From: Chloropicon primus
Taxonomy: Eukaryota
DNA: 64,000 bases
Reading direction: 5' to 3'
Assembly: GCA_023205875.1 (NCBI GenBank)
Contig: CP060755.1
Coordinates: forward strand, 1,674,001-1,738,000
How positions within the stretch are numbered: position 1 is the stretch's first letter; every line of letters begins with the position of its first letter. Below are positions 51,930-62,901 of this stretch, piece after piece. Made by a program: the position numbers and the translations under genes. The notes beneath the pieces are model-generated. The model had not been told where the DNA came from, searched no databases, and saw only the letters and a list, made by a program, of their open reading frames with translations.

Positions 51930-53603
51930 ATGGGGGGGTGGAGGGGGAACCGACCACTGGAGTGGGTCAGGGGATCGAGGAACTACTGGAACAGATTGGT
52001 GGGCAACTTCACCTTGGAGTTCATCGTGCTTTTGACGTCGTGCTACTATGGGGTCAAGGGAACTCTGTACACGTTCGTCCAGTCGGGTCAGCTCCCGTAC
52101 TTTCAAAAGTACGTCGGCATCACCGGCATAGAGTACCAGAAGTACAAGCTGGTGTCGAGCCTCCCCTGGGCCATGAAGGCCTGGATAGGCCTCATCAGCG
52201 ACAACTATCCCATCTGGGGATACAACAAGAGGTACTACATGGTTCTCGCGACCTTCATCGGCTCCGTCTCCTTCGCCCTGCTCGGGGTTCTGGACATTGA
52301 TCAGAGTACGGCCTTGTTTGCGGCGCTGCTCCTGTTCTTCGCTTCCCTGGACATGGCGACCGTCGACCTTCTCTGCGAAGGCAAGTACGCCGAGAAGATG
52401 ATGGAGAAGCCCGAAACCAGCAGCGATCTCGTGAGCTGGGTCTGGGGGGTGTACCAGCTCGGGTCCCTGACGGCGAGCTTGTTCATAGGACCAGTATCGG
52501 ACAGATACTCGCCAAAGATTATCTATCTCATCGCGGTTCCGTTCGCGTTGCAGTTCTTGATTCCGCTCGCTCTCGGTTACCTGCCTGAGGAGAGGGTCAG
52601 CCCCGCCTCGGAGGCCAGCCCGATTGGAATGACGAGAACGAATTGGAATGCAGGCGTGACGATGCGCTTGGTGAGCTACCTGCCCCGGAAGATGAGGGAG
52701 AAGCCAAGGATCTTTGTGATGGCTTTTCTGACCGCGCTCAGCGCCCTGCTGCTTGGGGTGGTCCACCTCACGGGCACCGAGGGGCAGCAGTTGACTTACA
52801 CCATCTGCGCCTCCGTGATGCTTTGTGCCTGCTCGAGCTGGGCCTTGCCACCTGTGCTAAGTCGCGCCAATATCTACATGTTCCTCTGCCAAGTCCTCTA
52901 CATCCAAGTCTCTGGTGCGTTGGACTACTTCTACACCGCTGGCCCCGAGTGCTTTGCGGGGGGGCCCAGCTTCAGCTTCAGCTACTACACGACCTACACG
53001 GTGATTGTGGGTTCGCTCGCGGCTTGGTTGGGCGTTGTCCTGTTCCAGGCCTGGATGAGGGACTGGAACTTCAGGAGAGTGTTCTGGCTGACCACGTTCG
53101 TGAGGGTGATCGGAAGCATCTTTGACATTTGCATCGCGTTGCGTTGGAACCTCAGCATTGGCATCAGCGACAAGACGATGTACATGTTTGGCGACGCCGT
53201 TATCTACAACATCGTGTACCAGATGGACTTCATGCCAGCTGTGGTCTTGACCTCAAAGGTCTGCCCCAAGGGGCTCGAGAGCACGATTTACGCGTTGCTC
53301 GCCGGGATGCAGAACATGGGCCAGAACGTGAGCCAGAGCCTGGGATCATATCTCATAGAAGCCATGGGTGTGAAGACTGCTTGCAAGCCTTCCGTCGACG
53401 AGGAGTGTGACTGCGATTTCGACAACCTCCCGCTGCTCCTCTTCGTAAGCCACATGGTATTGCCCCTGCTCACCATTCCGCTGACGTTTCTGCTGATTCC
53501 AAATCGAAGGATGACTGACACCCTCGACGTGGGGAATGACGACCACCACCGGGTCGTGAAGGAAGATGAAGTGGAGTTAATGCCTAATGATGCCGGTGAA
53601 TGA
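51930..53603 (+). CDS. BT1 folate/biopterin transporter family (MFS)
   Basis: PWAMKAWIGLISDNYPIWGYNKRYY and CPKGLESTIYALLAG. Confidence 0.9.
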   Translation: MGGWRGNRPLEWVRGSRNYWNRLVGNFTLEFIVLLTSCYYGVKGTLYTFVQSGQLPYFQKYVGITGIEYQKYKLVSSLPWAMKAWIGLISDNYPIWGYNKRYYMVLATFIGSVSFALLGVLDIDQSTALFAALLLFFASLDMATVDLLCEGKYAEKMMEKPETSSDLVSWVWGVYQLGSLTASLFIGPVSDRYSPKIIYLIAVPFALQFLIPLALGYLPEERVSPASEASPIGMTRTNWNAGVTMRLVSYLPRKMREKPRIFVMAFLTALSALLLGVVHLTGTEGQQLTYTICASVMLCACSSWALPPVLSRANIYMFLCQVLYIQVSGALDYFYTAGPECFAGGPSFSFSYYTTYTVIVGSLAAWLGVVLFQAWMRDWNFRRVFWLTTFVRVIGSIFDICIALRWNLSIGISDKTMYMFGDAVIYNIVYQMDFMPAVVLTSKVCPKGLESTIYALLAGMQNMGQNVSQSLGSYLIEAMGVKTACKPSVDEECDCDFDNLPLLLFVSHMVLPLLTIPLTFLLIPNRRMTDTLDVGNDDHHRVVKEDEVELMPNDAGE

Positions 53604-53709
53604 AAACATATACTTAGTCTTCTTGATGTGATCTCAGCACACTAGGGTCTTGGTCACAGGGCTGCATCATCATCTTCCCGTTCAGGTCCGAAGTCTTGCT
53701 GACCACGAT

Positions 53710-55188
53710 TTACGGCTTGTTTGATCTTCTTGATATGATGTTGTTTAATTCAAGGTTTTCAAAAGAGAATTCGGCGCCGCTGTCGTTCACGAGGGTGTAG
53801 ACTTGAGCCAATATCTTTTCCCTCTCCACGGCAAACTCGGACGTGCTCGAGGCTAGGACGACCGCGTAGAGCTCGACCTCAAAGCATCTCAACGAGATAT
53901 CCTTAAGGTGGCAGCGCGGGGGTTGGTGCGTAGTGTCGATTTTAGGATTGCTCTCCAGGCTCTCCCGGATCATCCTGCTGATTTTCAGCAGCTGGTCGAT
54001 GTTCTTTGCGTACAGCCCAAATGTCATCCTCAGGACGCGCGTTTTGCGAGTACTGTAGTTGACGAGGGTCGAGTTGGTGAACGTGGCATTCGGCGTGCTG
54101 ATCACCTCGTTTTCTCTCCCTCGAACACGACTGTGTATGAGCCCGATATCGGTCACGACTCCGTGAACCCCGTGAACCTGAATGAGGTCCCCCACTTCGA
54201 AGGGCTTGAGGAACAGCATGTTCATTCCGCCCAGAAAGTTCTTTGCGATTTCTTGCGACGCTAATCCGAAAGCTATGGTGAGGAAGCCGAGGGACGTCCA
54301 GATTGGCTTGAGCGGCAGGCCGATCGCTTCGGCGAAAAACAGACTGGTCAGAACTGTCACAGTCAGTCTCAAGAAGTTCCTGCTTCGGCGCAGAAACGAC
54401 GTAGTCCTCAGCTGCTTGCTTCCAGCGTTGTTGTTTTTGTTCATCACGTTGAGCGCCGCGAAGAGGACGTTCACGAGCTTCAGCACGAGAATGGACAAGC
54501 TCACGATCCAAGCGACTTCGACGGCGTTCATTTCCCTCAGGAGACACCCGTTCTTCCCAGTGATGACCTTGTACAGCTTGGAGGAAAACCCGGCCTTCTG
54601 AAGAATCCTCACCAGAGTCATCGAGATGAGTCCGGTTTGCACCCCCCTCTCTAGTCCTTTGTAGATGCTCTCCTTGTAAGAAGGTTGGTACCCGGGCAGC
54701 GGGTTGTGAGTGAGGAGCCTCTCCACGATCTTGGGGGAATGCTTGTGCAGGACCCTAAGCGGTACCAGCAAGATGGGTGCGCCCACCGGAACGTTCAGCA
54801 GGAGCAGCAGGATCAAGTAGCAGCAAAACTCGTGGGAGTTCAAATTCGCCGCCACGGCTTTCTCGTGCGTGAAGAGCTGCAGGCCGAGGAGGAGGAACAG
54901 CACAACGGTGGACAATCGCGTCACGACATCCCTCGCTCGCAGCTTCTGCTTCACTGTCACAGGTGAGCTGGAGCTGGCCCCGTTGCTGCTGATTGCTTGC
55001 ACGCGACATCCGTAACTTCCTCTCCTCGGCAACTTGCTTCTGGCGCCTCTCAAGCATCCTCCCTTTGGCCTTCGCTGCCTTGGTCCCCGCTTCTGCTTCA
55101 CTATCATAGGCGAGCTGGAGCAACATCCGTACCTCCTCGGCCTCCATCCCGAGCCCAACCTCCCTCTCAGCGTCTGCGTAGTCTCCAT
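53710..55188 (-). CDS. MscS-like mechanosensitive channel
   Basis: AFGLASQEIAKNFLGG...KPFEVGDLIQV.G.HGVV.DIGL and PNATF...LVNYS. Confidence 0.9.
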   Translation of the reverse strand: METTQTLRGRLGSGWRPRRYGCCSSSPMIVKQKRGPRQRRPKGGCLRGARSKLPRRGSYGCRVQAISSNGASSSSPVTVKQKLRARDVVTRLSTVVLFLLLGLQLFTHEKAVAANLNSHEFCCYLILLLLLNVPVGAPILLVPLRVLHKHSPKIVERLLTHNPLPGYQPSYKESIYKGLERGVQTGLISMTLVRILQKAGFSSKLYKVITGKNGCLLREMNAVEVAWIVSLSILVLKLVNVLFAALNVMNKNNNAGSKQLRTTSFLRRSRNFLRLTVTVLTSLFFAEAIGLPLKPIWTSLGFLTIAFGLASQEIAKNFLGGMNMLFLKPFEVGDLIQVHGVHGVVTDIGLIHSRVRGRENEVISTPNATFTNSTLVNYSTRKTRVLRMTFGLYAKNIDQLLKISRMIRESLESNPKIDTTHQPPRCHLKDISLRCFEVELYAVVLASSTSEFAVEREKILAQVYTLVNDSGAEFSFENLELNNIISRRSNKP

Positions 55189-55320
55189 CCTCCCTCAAGT
55201 CCCTCCTTCCCTTCCATCGAGTCGAGGTCGAGTCCTCCGCTTCTCATCTCCCGCCAAAGCGAGTTCAGCCGTTTCAAGGAGGGCGCGGAGGACGTCAGAG
55301 GGCGGGGGAGTTGTGGGGCC

Positions 55321-57296
55321 ATGACCAAGGCGGTTACGACAGGAGCGCAGAACGGGAAGGAGGAGGGAGGGGGAACCACGAGGCTCAGAACTTTATCGGA
55401 GAACTGTGAGGAGAGGGAAGGAGGGAATGGAGAGGACCTGGAGCTCGTCGTGGTCTCGCGAGGGAGCGGGGCATCAGGCGACTCGGACAGGTCGCTGGGA
55501 CTCGAGAAGAATGTTTCCCTGTTCTCGGATTGCTCGACTTCCTCCATTCCCGGCGTCTTGAGGACGCCGAAGAGCTCCAGACAGATCTCGGCCACGGGAC
55601 TGAGCCAAAAGTCCGGGACGCCGGAGGTCAAGTTCTTCACCAGCAAACGAGCCAAGGACGAGTCGTCGAAGGGGAAGCAGCGCTGGAGGGAGCCGTTTAG
55701 GATGGTGAAGAGGGGGTTTCGACACGTGGTTCTCTTCAAGTGGCTCCCGAAGCACATGAGGAAGAGACTCACCATTCCCATACTGATGACTTTCTGGATC
55801 ACAATGGTCATCGGCGTTGGCCTCGTGTACAACATCGTCTTGTACATCGACTCTCGTAGTATTCCCGAGACCCAGGAAGTTCCCGGGACGTGCACGAGGG
55901 AGTTGAAGGAGATCGAAGACCGCGAGAAGTCCGCAGACAGGCTGTTCATTGTGAACGCCACGTACATCACGTTCTCGTCGCTCCTCACCATCTTTATCGT
56001 CATGGAGGTCACGGGTTCACTGCGGTACTTGGGAAAGGCGCTGAACAAGGTGGTCCTGAAGAAGGACTTGACCAGCATCATGAAAACCCTGCGCCTTGCC
56101 ACGGATAATGCGACCGCGGAAACTGAGACGGTGATGCAGCCGATCCACTCGCTGGTGAACCAAGCGCTGCAGTATAGGAAACGAGCCGAGAAAGCGGAAG
56201 CGAGGTGGGCGGTGAACGTGCGCCGGGTGGAAATGCTCAAAGCTCTCATCGAGGCAGAAAAGGGACCCCAAAATCTGCCATCCATTTCAAGCCAGCTGGA
56301 CTTGACAATATTCGTCTCGAGTTGGAACGTCGGCAACCAGAAGCCCTCGCAGTCGCTCACTTCCTGGCTCGGCGGGGCGTCCATGTGCGACATCGTTGTC
56401 GTCGGAGTGCAGGAGTGCTCCTATGGCGTGGGCTGCGGAAACCATTTCCAAGACCTGCTCTCAACTGAGATGGGAACCGACTTCGTTCTAATGGAACACG
56501 CGTGCCTCTTGGACAACCTCTCGGACATCGCTGCGATTAGGATCTACTTTTTCGTTAGAAAGAAGCACGCGCCTTGGGTGAAGGACATAGTCAAGCAAGA
56601 CGTGAAGAGGGGGGTTAAAGTGATCCTCAACAAGGGTGCAGTCGCCATTGCAGCTATGGTCTACGGCATCAGACTTTGTTTCATCAATGCGCACTTTCAG
56701 GTTGGTTTGGTTTGAGCACCGCCCCGTCCGTCATTTTTGAATTCTTCCACTGACCCTTCTCTCTCTCTTCTGTTGTCTCTGCCCAGGCCCACCAGAACCG
56801 TGTGGAAGAGAGGAACTTGGACTTCAAGGTGATCTCGGAGAAGATGGCGGGAAAACTCGGGGACCCCGGACACCACGTGGTGTGGTTTATGGGCGATTTG
56901 AACTACAGAATTGATCAACCTCATCAGGTTGTTGTGGATCACATTCAGAGAGTCCGAGAAGGACAAGAAGACTGGTCGATCCTGTCGGAGCATGACCAGC
57001 TTCGAAAAAACAGGGCGGCGGGTTTGTGCTTCTCCGGCTACACTGAGCCTGGCATCACATTCATGCCTACGTACAAACTGAACGAGGACCGCTCCGGATA
57101 TGATTTGAAGAGAACGCCGGCGTGGTGCGATAGAATACTGTACAAATCCAATCTCGTGCTGCTCGAGCTGGGGTATACATCGGATTGCTTCTTGTCCACA
57201 AGCGATCACCATCCGATCATGGCGGTTTTCCGGCTGCCTGTTTTCGAGGGTCAAAGAGCGGCGGAGCGCGTCACCATCTGTGGCGACGACGCGTAA
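55321..57296 (+). CDS. Inositol polyphosphate 5-phosphatase with N-terminal TM helices; intron ~56701-56787
   Basis: SWNVGN, VGVQE, NKGAV, FINAH, WFMGDLNYRI, PAWCDRIL and SDHHPI. Confidence 0.88.
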
Positions 57297-57361
57297 CCGT
57301 AACCACGAGGAATCAAAGAAACAAAATGTATTAAAACGAGAAGAATACGAACAAAAAAACG

Positions 57362-58864
57362 TTACGCAGCAAAGGTCAAGATTGCAGGCTCCTTCGCCAG
57401 CATGGGGATGCTCGTCTCACCCTTTTCACACGTCCCCGCGCTCGTGTTGCACGTCGTTCCTTGCGGGCAGCAAGACTTCTTGTCGTCGCAGCACACGGCG
57501 TCTGCGGCAGGGCAGCAAGAGTACGCAACGCACTGCTGGAACAGCTCGTACATGCAGCAGCAGGTCGCTGGAGCTTTGCACTTCTGGTACTGATTGCACA
57601 CGACCTCGGGAGCCGGAGGCGGAGGGCCGGGCGACGGAGGCGTCGGAGGCGGAGCAGGAGGATCAACGCTCTCCTTCTTTGGGTAGCTCGACATCTTTGC
57701 GATGCCGCAGATGCCGGAGGGAGCCACCCCCATGGCCATCTTCATGTAGCCCTCCTCTCCCCACATGCCGCCCCACGAGTTCTTCATGATCCAGTAGTCC
57801 TGGCCATCCTCGCTCGTGCCGTAGCCCACGACGAGAACTCCGTGGTCGAGCTGCTCCCCACAGTCCGGGTCGGCGAAGACGCCTCCGGTGTAGAGCTGAA
57901 AGTTCGGGTGGTTGGCCTGGATCGCCACCGAGAGGGGCTGCTTTGAGACCACCTTGATCATCTCCTCCTCGTTCCCGGCCTCGACGTCCTCGAACCCGTC
58001 AATGGTCACGACGACCCTGTTCTCCTTGGCCTCGTTGCACTGGGTCTGGAAGCCCTGGTACGGGTAGTCCTCCTCGGTGTCGAGCCCGTTCTTCATCACG
58101 AACTCGAAGGCAAAGTCCATGAGGCCGCCCTGGCAGCCGTGGTCGTGCAACGTGTCGCAGTCCACGAGCTCCTGCTCGCTGAGGGAGGTGAGGTTGCCGC
58201 TCACGATGGCGTTGATGCCCTCGATCGACCCCGTGGTGGAGAAGGACCAGCACGATCCGCACCTGCCCTGGTTCTTCACCGGGGTGACCGCGTTGCGCTC
58301 GACCCAGTTCACGCTGTCGAGGCCCGCGAGGTCGCCCGGCACGAAGGCGGCCGTCGTCGTCGCCCTCCCCGGGAGCGCGCCGCGGTTCCCGGGGCTCGTC
58401 CCGAGGCGCGTGGCGCGGAACTCCTCCAAGCTCAGGTCCGCGAGCGAGTTCAGGCCCACCGTGTAAGACCTCTCCGCGCCCTGGTCGCCGTGGAGGTACA
58501 GCAGGTTCTCCTTGAAGGCCCCGAAGCGGCGACGCATCAGCTCCGCGTCGCCCTCGTACGCCTTGCCGTGGTAATCCATCCACTCCCTGAATACCGTCAA
58601 GATCTCCTCGTGGACCATGCCGTTGTTCCCGAGGAGGCCATCCTCCGCTCCGGCGCGGGCGCCGCCGCTCAGGAGGCTCAGCCCCCTCGCCGTGATCCTC
58701 GCCGTAAACTCCGCGACAGTCTCGTCGTGTGGGGCCTCCTCCCCCCTGCTGCTGTAGTACCCCTCGTTGCTCCCTGTTTGCTTGCTCCCCAGCACCGCGA
58801 CGCCCTGGGCCAGGCACACGGCCACCACCGCCGCCAAGCACACCGCCCTCGCTCCCCTTCTCAT
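57362..58864 (-). CDS. Papain-like cysteine protease with I29 prodomain and granulin (RD21-like)
   Basis: QGRCGSCWSF, LDHGV and NSWG; Pro-rich linker and C-terminal CC-rich granulin. Confidence 0.95.
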   Translation of the reverse strand: MRRGARAVCLAAVVAVCLAQGVAVLGSKQTGSNEGYYSSRGEEAPHDETVAEFTARITARGLSLLSGGARAGAEDGLLGNNGMVHEEILTVFREWMDYHGKAYEGDAELMRRRFGAFKENLLYLHGDQGAERSYTVGLNSLADLSLEEFRATRLGTSPGNRGALPGRATTTAAFVPGDLAGLDSVNWVERNAVTPVKNQGRCGSCWSFSTTGSIEGINAIVSGNLTSLSEQELVDCDTLHDHGCQGGLMDFAFEFVMKNGLDTEEDYPYQGFQTQCNEAKENRVVVTIDGFEDVEAGNEEEMIKVVSKQPLSVAIQANHPNFQLYTGGVFADPDCGEQLDHGVLVVGYGTSEDGQDYWIMKNSWGGMWGEEGYMKMAMGVAPSGICGIAKMSSYPKKESVDPPAPPPTPPSPGPPPPAPEVVCNQYQKCKAPATCCCMYELFQQCVAYSCCPAADAVCCDDKKSCCPQGTTCNTSAGTCEKGETSIPMLAKEPAILTFAA

Positions 58865-59271
58865 CCCGTCCCCCTCTTCCTCGCCTGACCTCTTCCCCTC
58901 GTCTCTCTCTTGTCTCTTGTCCCTCTTCTCTTGTGCGCCCCCGACCGACAGACCTCTAACGTCCGTCCTTAACCCTCGCGCTTTTTCGACAAGACCCTGA
59001 TGCCGAGATGAGATGGAATTCAACGACTTCTTCGGGGAGGCAAGAGGAGGAGGGAGGAGGGGAAGTGGATTGGGTGCGATGCGATGCGATGCGAAGCTGA
59101 CGACCACCAAGATGGCCATCTTGGTGGGCGGGTCTTCTTTCTTTCTATATAACAAATCAAAGGAAGTAACTTGTTGAAACCTTTAGGGAAAACTTGAGAA
59201 AGCAAACAAAACCGACGAGAATCATTCCCAGTCCCAGTCCCAGTCCCAGTCCCTGGGCCCCCTCTCTCCTC

Positions 59272-61269
59272 CTAGAGATCGTCCGTGACGGAGAGGTGGA
59301 AGTCGTAGGCCCCGCTGCCCCCGGCGCTGGCCACGACCCACAGGAAGCATCCCTGCCCCATGGTCCTCAGCCTCTTCACGTTGCTCGTCCCGGGGGTGGG
59401 GCTGGTCTGCATGCTGACGACGTGCCAGGGGTCGCCGTTCAGGGGGTTCTGCAGGAGGAACAGCATCAGGTCGGGGGCGTCGGCTCCCCGATTCTGGGGC
59501 TCCACCCAGGCCTCGTGGTACACGGACCCCTTGAAGGCGGACCCGTCCGGGGTGGCCGGGGTGCAGTAGGCGGTCCCGCCCTCGACGGACTGCCAGACGT
59601 AGGTGTTTCCGATGGTGATGATCCCGTCCCTGAAGGCTTGAGGGGGCGGCTGGACCTCGTAGGACTTTGGGCCGCTGCTCTCCAGGAACCCGCACGTGTG
59701 CAGCATGTTGGGGCTGTTGCACGACCTTCCCCCGATTCTCACGTCGGAGCACTCCGACTGGGAGAGATCCCTCCTCGGGCACTGCGTGGTTCCCGGGGTG
59801 ATCCACTCCTTCCACCCGGGGGGCAGGAAGGTGGCCTTGACCGGCTCCTCCCCAGCGTTTGCCAGGTGGTTCAGGCGGGCCCACTTGCTCGGGACCCTCT
59901 TTGGAACCACCCTCGTCTCGATGGGAACGTAACTGCCCCATGTCCTGGGCTTCTCGGGGTACACCATGTTGCTCTCGCCGAACGCGGTCGGGGGGGCGTC
60001 CTCGAACCTCGTCGCGGGGGTCCGGGGCGGCGTGCCGCTGCCCGGCAGGTTCCCAGCCGAAGGCATCTCGAAGTCGTAGTCGTAATCGTAGTCGTACTCC
60101 TCCTCCCCGGTCGTCGCGGTCGCCGGCGCCCCAGCGGGGAGGCAAAGCTCCTGGCCCTCGGCCATGTCGGGAGGAGGCAGCACGCAGTTGATCTTGTACA
60201 GGTCCACCCCGCAGACCTCCGTGTCCGAGGTCGAGATGGAGCAGCCCGCAACCGTTACGGTCATGTCGTCGCCCTTGCCGACGGCGATATCGTCGCAGGT
60301 CGCCGTCCCGATCGAGTCCATGGAGGCCAGCTGCTCCACGGAGACCCTCTCCGGCAGCAGGTGGTGGAGCACGAGAAGGTCCAGGCTCGGGCTCCTCATC
60401 AGGTCCTCCTTGCTGATGCTCAGAGCCGCCGTGAGCTGCTCGAAGGCCGCGTCCGTGGGAGCCAGCATGGTGTACCTGGCCCCCGGAGGGAGGGACGCCG
60501 TCCTATTCAGGCTGGTCTCCTCCCAGATCTCCGCGAAGGTGTTGGTGTGCCCGTTGGTCCTCAGCACCTCCGCGACCTCCACGCACCTGTCGGGGCCCTC
60601 GTCCAGGGCCCTCGTCCTCGCCGGCTCCGCCGCCTGGCCGCCCGGCCTGGTGATCCTCACCAGGAGCGGGTCCTTGGTGAACTGGGTGCGGCCGCTCGGG
60701 TCCTCCGCGGTGATGGTGGCGCCCGTGGTCAGCGCGTCCCTCCCCGCGGGGATGGCCGGGGAAAGCAAAGCGATCTCGGCCTCCACGGTCGCCCCGGCGG
60801 GAACGCGCAGCTTGCGGGGATCCTCCGAGTCGGGGACCCCGTCCGCCGGGCGGATGCCGAGGACGTCCAGCTCGCCCGCGCTCTCCCCGTCGGGGCCCGG
60901 GGTCTCGATCACCGAGAACAGGACGTCCAGGTCCTCCCCGCCGTTGTTCGTCACCGAGACCGGGAAGGCCGCCGGCCTGCCCGTCGTCATCTCGAGTGGG
61001 CTCGTGGCGGGGTCCAGCGCGATCTCCAGGAAGGGCTGGTCGTCCGCGGGAGAGGGGGAGGCGCTCGAGGCGCTCGCCCCCTGCGCCGAGTACGCCTTCG
61101 GGTACGCGGGCGGGGCCCCGTACCCCATCATCCCCTTCTTCCAGAACCCCATCCAGGGCAGGAAGGTCGCCTCCGTCTGCCGGGGCGCGCAGCACAGGAA
61201 GGCCGTCAGCACCACCAGGAGGACCAAGGTGCACCCCCTCGAGCTCAAGCCCGGTTGGTGACGCCTCAT
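59272..61269 (-). CDS. Secreted mosaic protein with a fasciclin (FAS1) domain
   Basis: Signal peptide; YTMLAPTDAAF...LHHLLP...LYKINCVLPP FAS1 motifs. Confidence 0.75.
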   Translation of the reverse strand: MRRHQPGLSSRGCTLVLLVVLTAFLCCAPRQTEATFLPWMGFWKKGMMGYGAPPAYPKAYSAQGASASSASPSPADDQPFLEIALDPATSPLEMTTGRPAAFPVSVTNNGGEDLDVLFSVIETPGPDGESAGELDVLGIRPADGVPDSEDPRKLRVPAGATVEAEIALLSPAIPAGRDALTTGATITAEDPSGRTQFTKDPLLVRITRPGGQAAEPARTRALDEGPDRCVEVAEVLRTNGHTNTFAEIWEETSLNRTASLPPGARYTMLAPTDAAFEQLTAALSISKEDLMRSPSLDLLVLHHLLPERVSVEQLASMDSIGTATCDDIAVGKGDDMTVTVAGCSISTSDTEVCGVDLYKINCVLPPPDMAEGQELCLPAGAPATATTGEEEYDYDYDYDFEMPSAGNLPGSGTPPRTPATRFEDAPPTAFGESNMVYPEKPRTWGSYVPIETRVVPKRVPSKWARLNHLANAGEEPVKATFLPPGWKEWITPGTTQCPRRDLSQSECSDVRIGGRSCNSPNMLHTCGFLESSGPKSYEVQPPPQAFRDGIITIGNTYVWQSVEGGTAYCTPATPDGSAFKGSVYHEAWVEPQNRGADAPDLMLFLLQNPLNGDPWHVVSMQTSPTPGTSNVKRLRTMGQGCFLWVVASAGGSGAYDFHLSVTDDL

Positions 61270-61615
61270 CGTCTCTCGTGTTCGCGTACCAGGAGGTCGT
61301 GTGGTTGGTGTGGTCGGTGTGGTCGTGTCGCAGGCAGGGGCGGCGCTGTGTCTCGGCCCGCGAATGGGAATGGGCGGACTGCCCCCCCCCACCTACGACG
61401 TACGACCCCCTCACACGACGACAACCTCCCGCTCGCAGGTTACTCGTAACCTCCAAGATCCAGCGTGGATCGGGATCGGATCGTCACAAACCGAATCCCG
61501 GGGGGAGGGGAGGGAGGGAGGGAAGCGATGGATGGAGAAGGTTGGAGATCAATCTTTCTTTTATTTGTTGTTGCTTCTTTCCTCCTCCTCGTTCGTTTTC
61601 TTTTTCTTTTAGTTT

Positions 61616-62667
61616 TTACTTGGCCTTCCCCTTCACACCTTTCTTGTCCCCCCCCTCCTCCTTCTTGCTCTTGTTCGCGATGAAGGAGAGCCCCGTGTTC
61701 CAGATGAGGGCCACGAGGTTGGCGAAGAGGACCTGGTAGTTCTGCGGCACGAACCTGAAGTTGACCAGCTGGAAGGGCACCCAGATCTTCCAGTTCAGGA
61801 CGAGGGAGTCCAGCCACCCGGCCTTGAGCCTTGGGATGATCTCCGCGGGCTTGCCCTCCAGGCAAGTCAGGCAGGACAGGAACGTGCCGATGAAGACGGG
61901 GGAGAACACGAGCTGGTCGCACAGGACGCTCACGAGGGCGGCCTTGTTGGAGGTGAGGCCCAGCGTGGTGACGAACTTGCTGAGGTTCAGGTACCAGAAG
62001 TGGAGCGCCGGGGCCACGAGCGCGAGGCCCAAAAAGGTGAAGGTGGCGCTGCGCCTGTAGTTGAAGGGCCCGTCCTCCAGGGTCAGCTGGCAGATCAGGT
62101 CGCCCGCGAAGTTCAGGAAGGCCGTGGTGGCCAGCTTCATGGGGATGGGGTGCTTGTCCACGAGGGCCAGGTACCAGGCGAGCAGGCCCAGGGGCTCCCC
62201 GCCCCCCCCGCTTCCTCCCCCCCCGCTCCCCCCGCTTCCTCCTCCTCCGCTCCCCCCGCTTCCTCCGGCCCCGCTGCCCCCCCCCTTGGTGCCGTCCAGG
62301 CTGAAGGCCCTCCAATTCCTCGCCCCTCCGCTCCTCGCGGACACGGAGGACTGCGAGGGGCCCCTCCCCGTCAAGCCCCTCGGCAACCCCGTGGCCACCC
62401 CCCGTGGCGCCGGCCCCTGCGCGGCGAGGGCGGTCACCCGCCGACCGAGCACTACGCCCTGCTGCTTCACCACCTGCCCCCACGCACCCACACAAACAAC
62501 CATCCCGACGTCAGTAAGTCCCCATTCCAATTCCCCTGGCGAGAAAAGGGGTAAGAGCGATCGAGGGAGGGAGCGATCGAGGGAGGGATTCCTTTTCTCT
62601 TGGTTGTTCTTGTCGTGGTACTTACCCTATCCGCATTCCTGCAGGCGGACTTGACCCACGTCGTCAT
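61616..62667 (-). CDS. Mpv17/PMP22 family membrane protein (one 5' intron)
   Basis: WYLALVDKHP, GDLICQ, DQLVFSP and NWKIWVPFQLVNFRFVP. Confidence 0.9.
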
Positions 62668-62901
62668 CGTAGTGTTTGTTGTGTTGTTGTGTTGTTGTTT
62701 GTTGTTGTTGGTGTGTCGTCGTCCTCCCCCCGGCGCCAGGGCGACTCCGCGTTCTGCAGAGCGGGAAAGGCCAAGGCGGCTGCTGGGGGACCAGGACGAG
62801 GACACAAGAGGAGACGAGGGACGAGGACAAGGACGGAGAGAGGAGGGAGGAGGGAGGAGGGACGGGAGGGAATAATCCTAACGTAAGCCGAGGGGGGGGA
62901 T

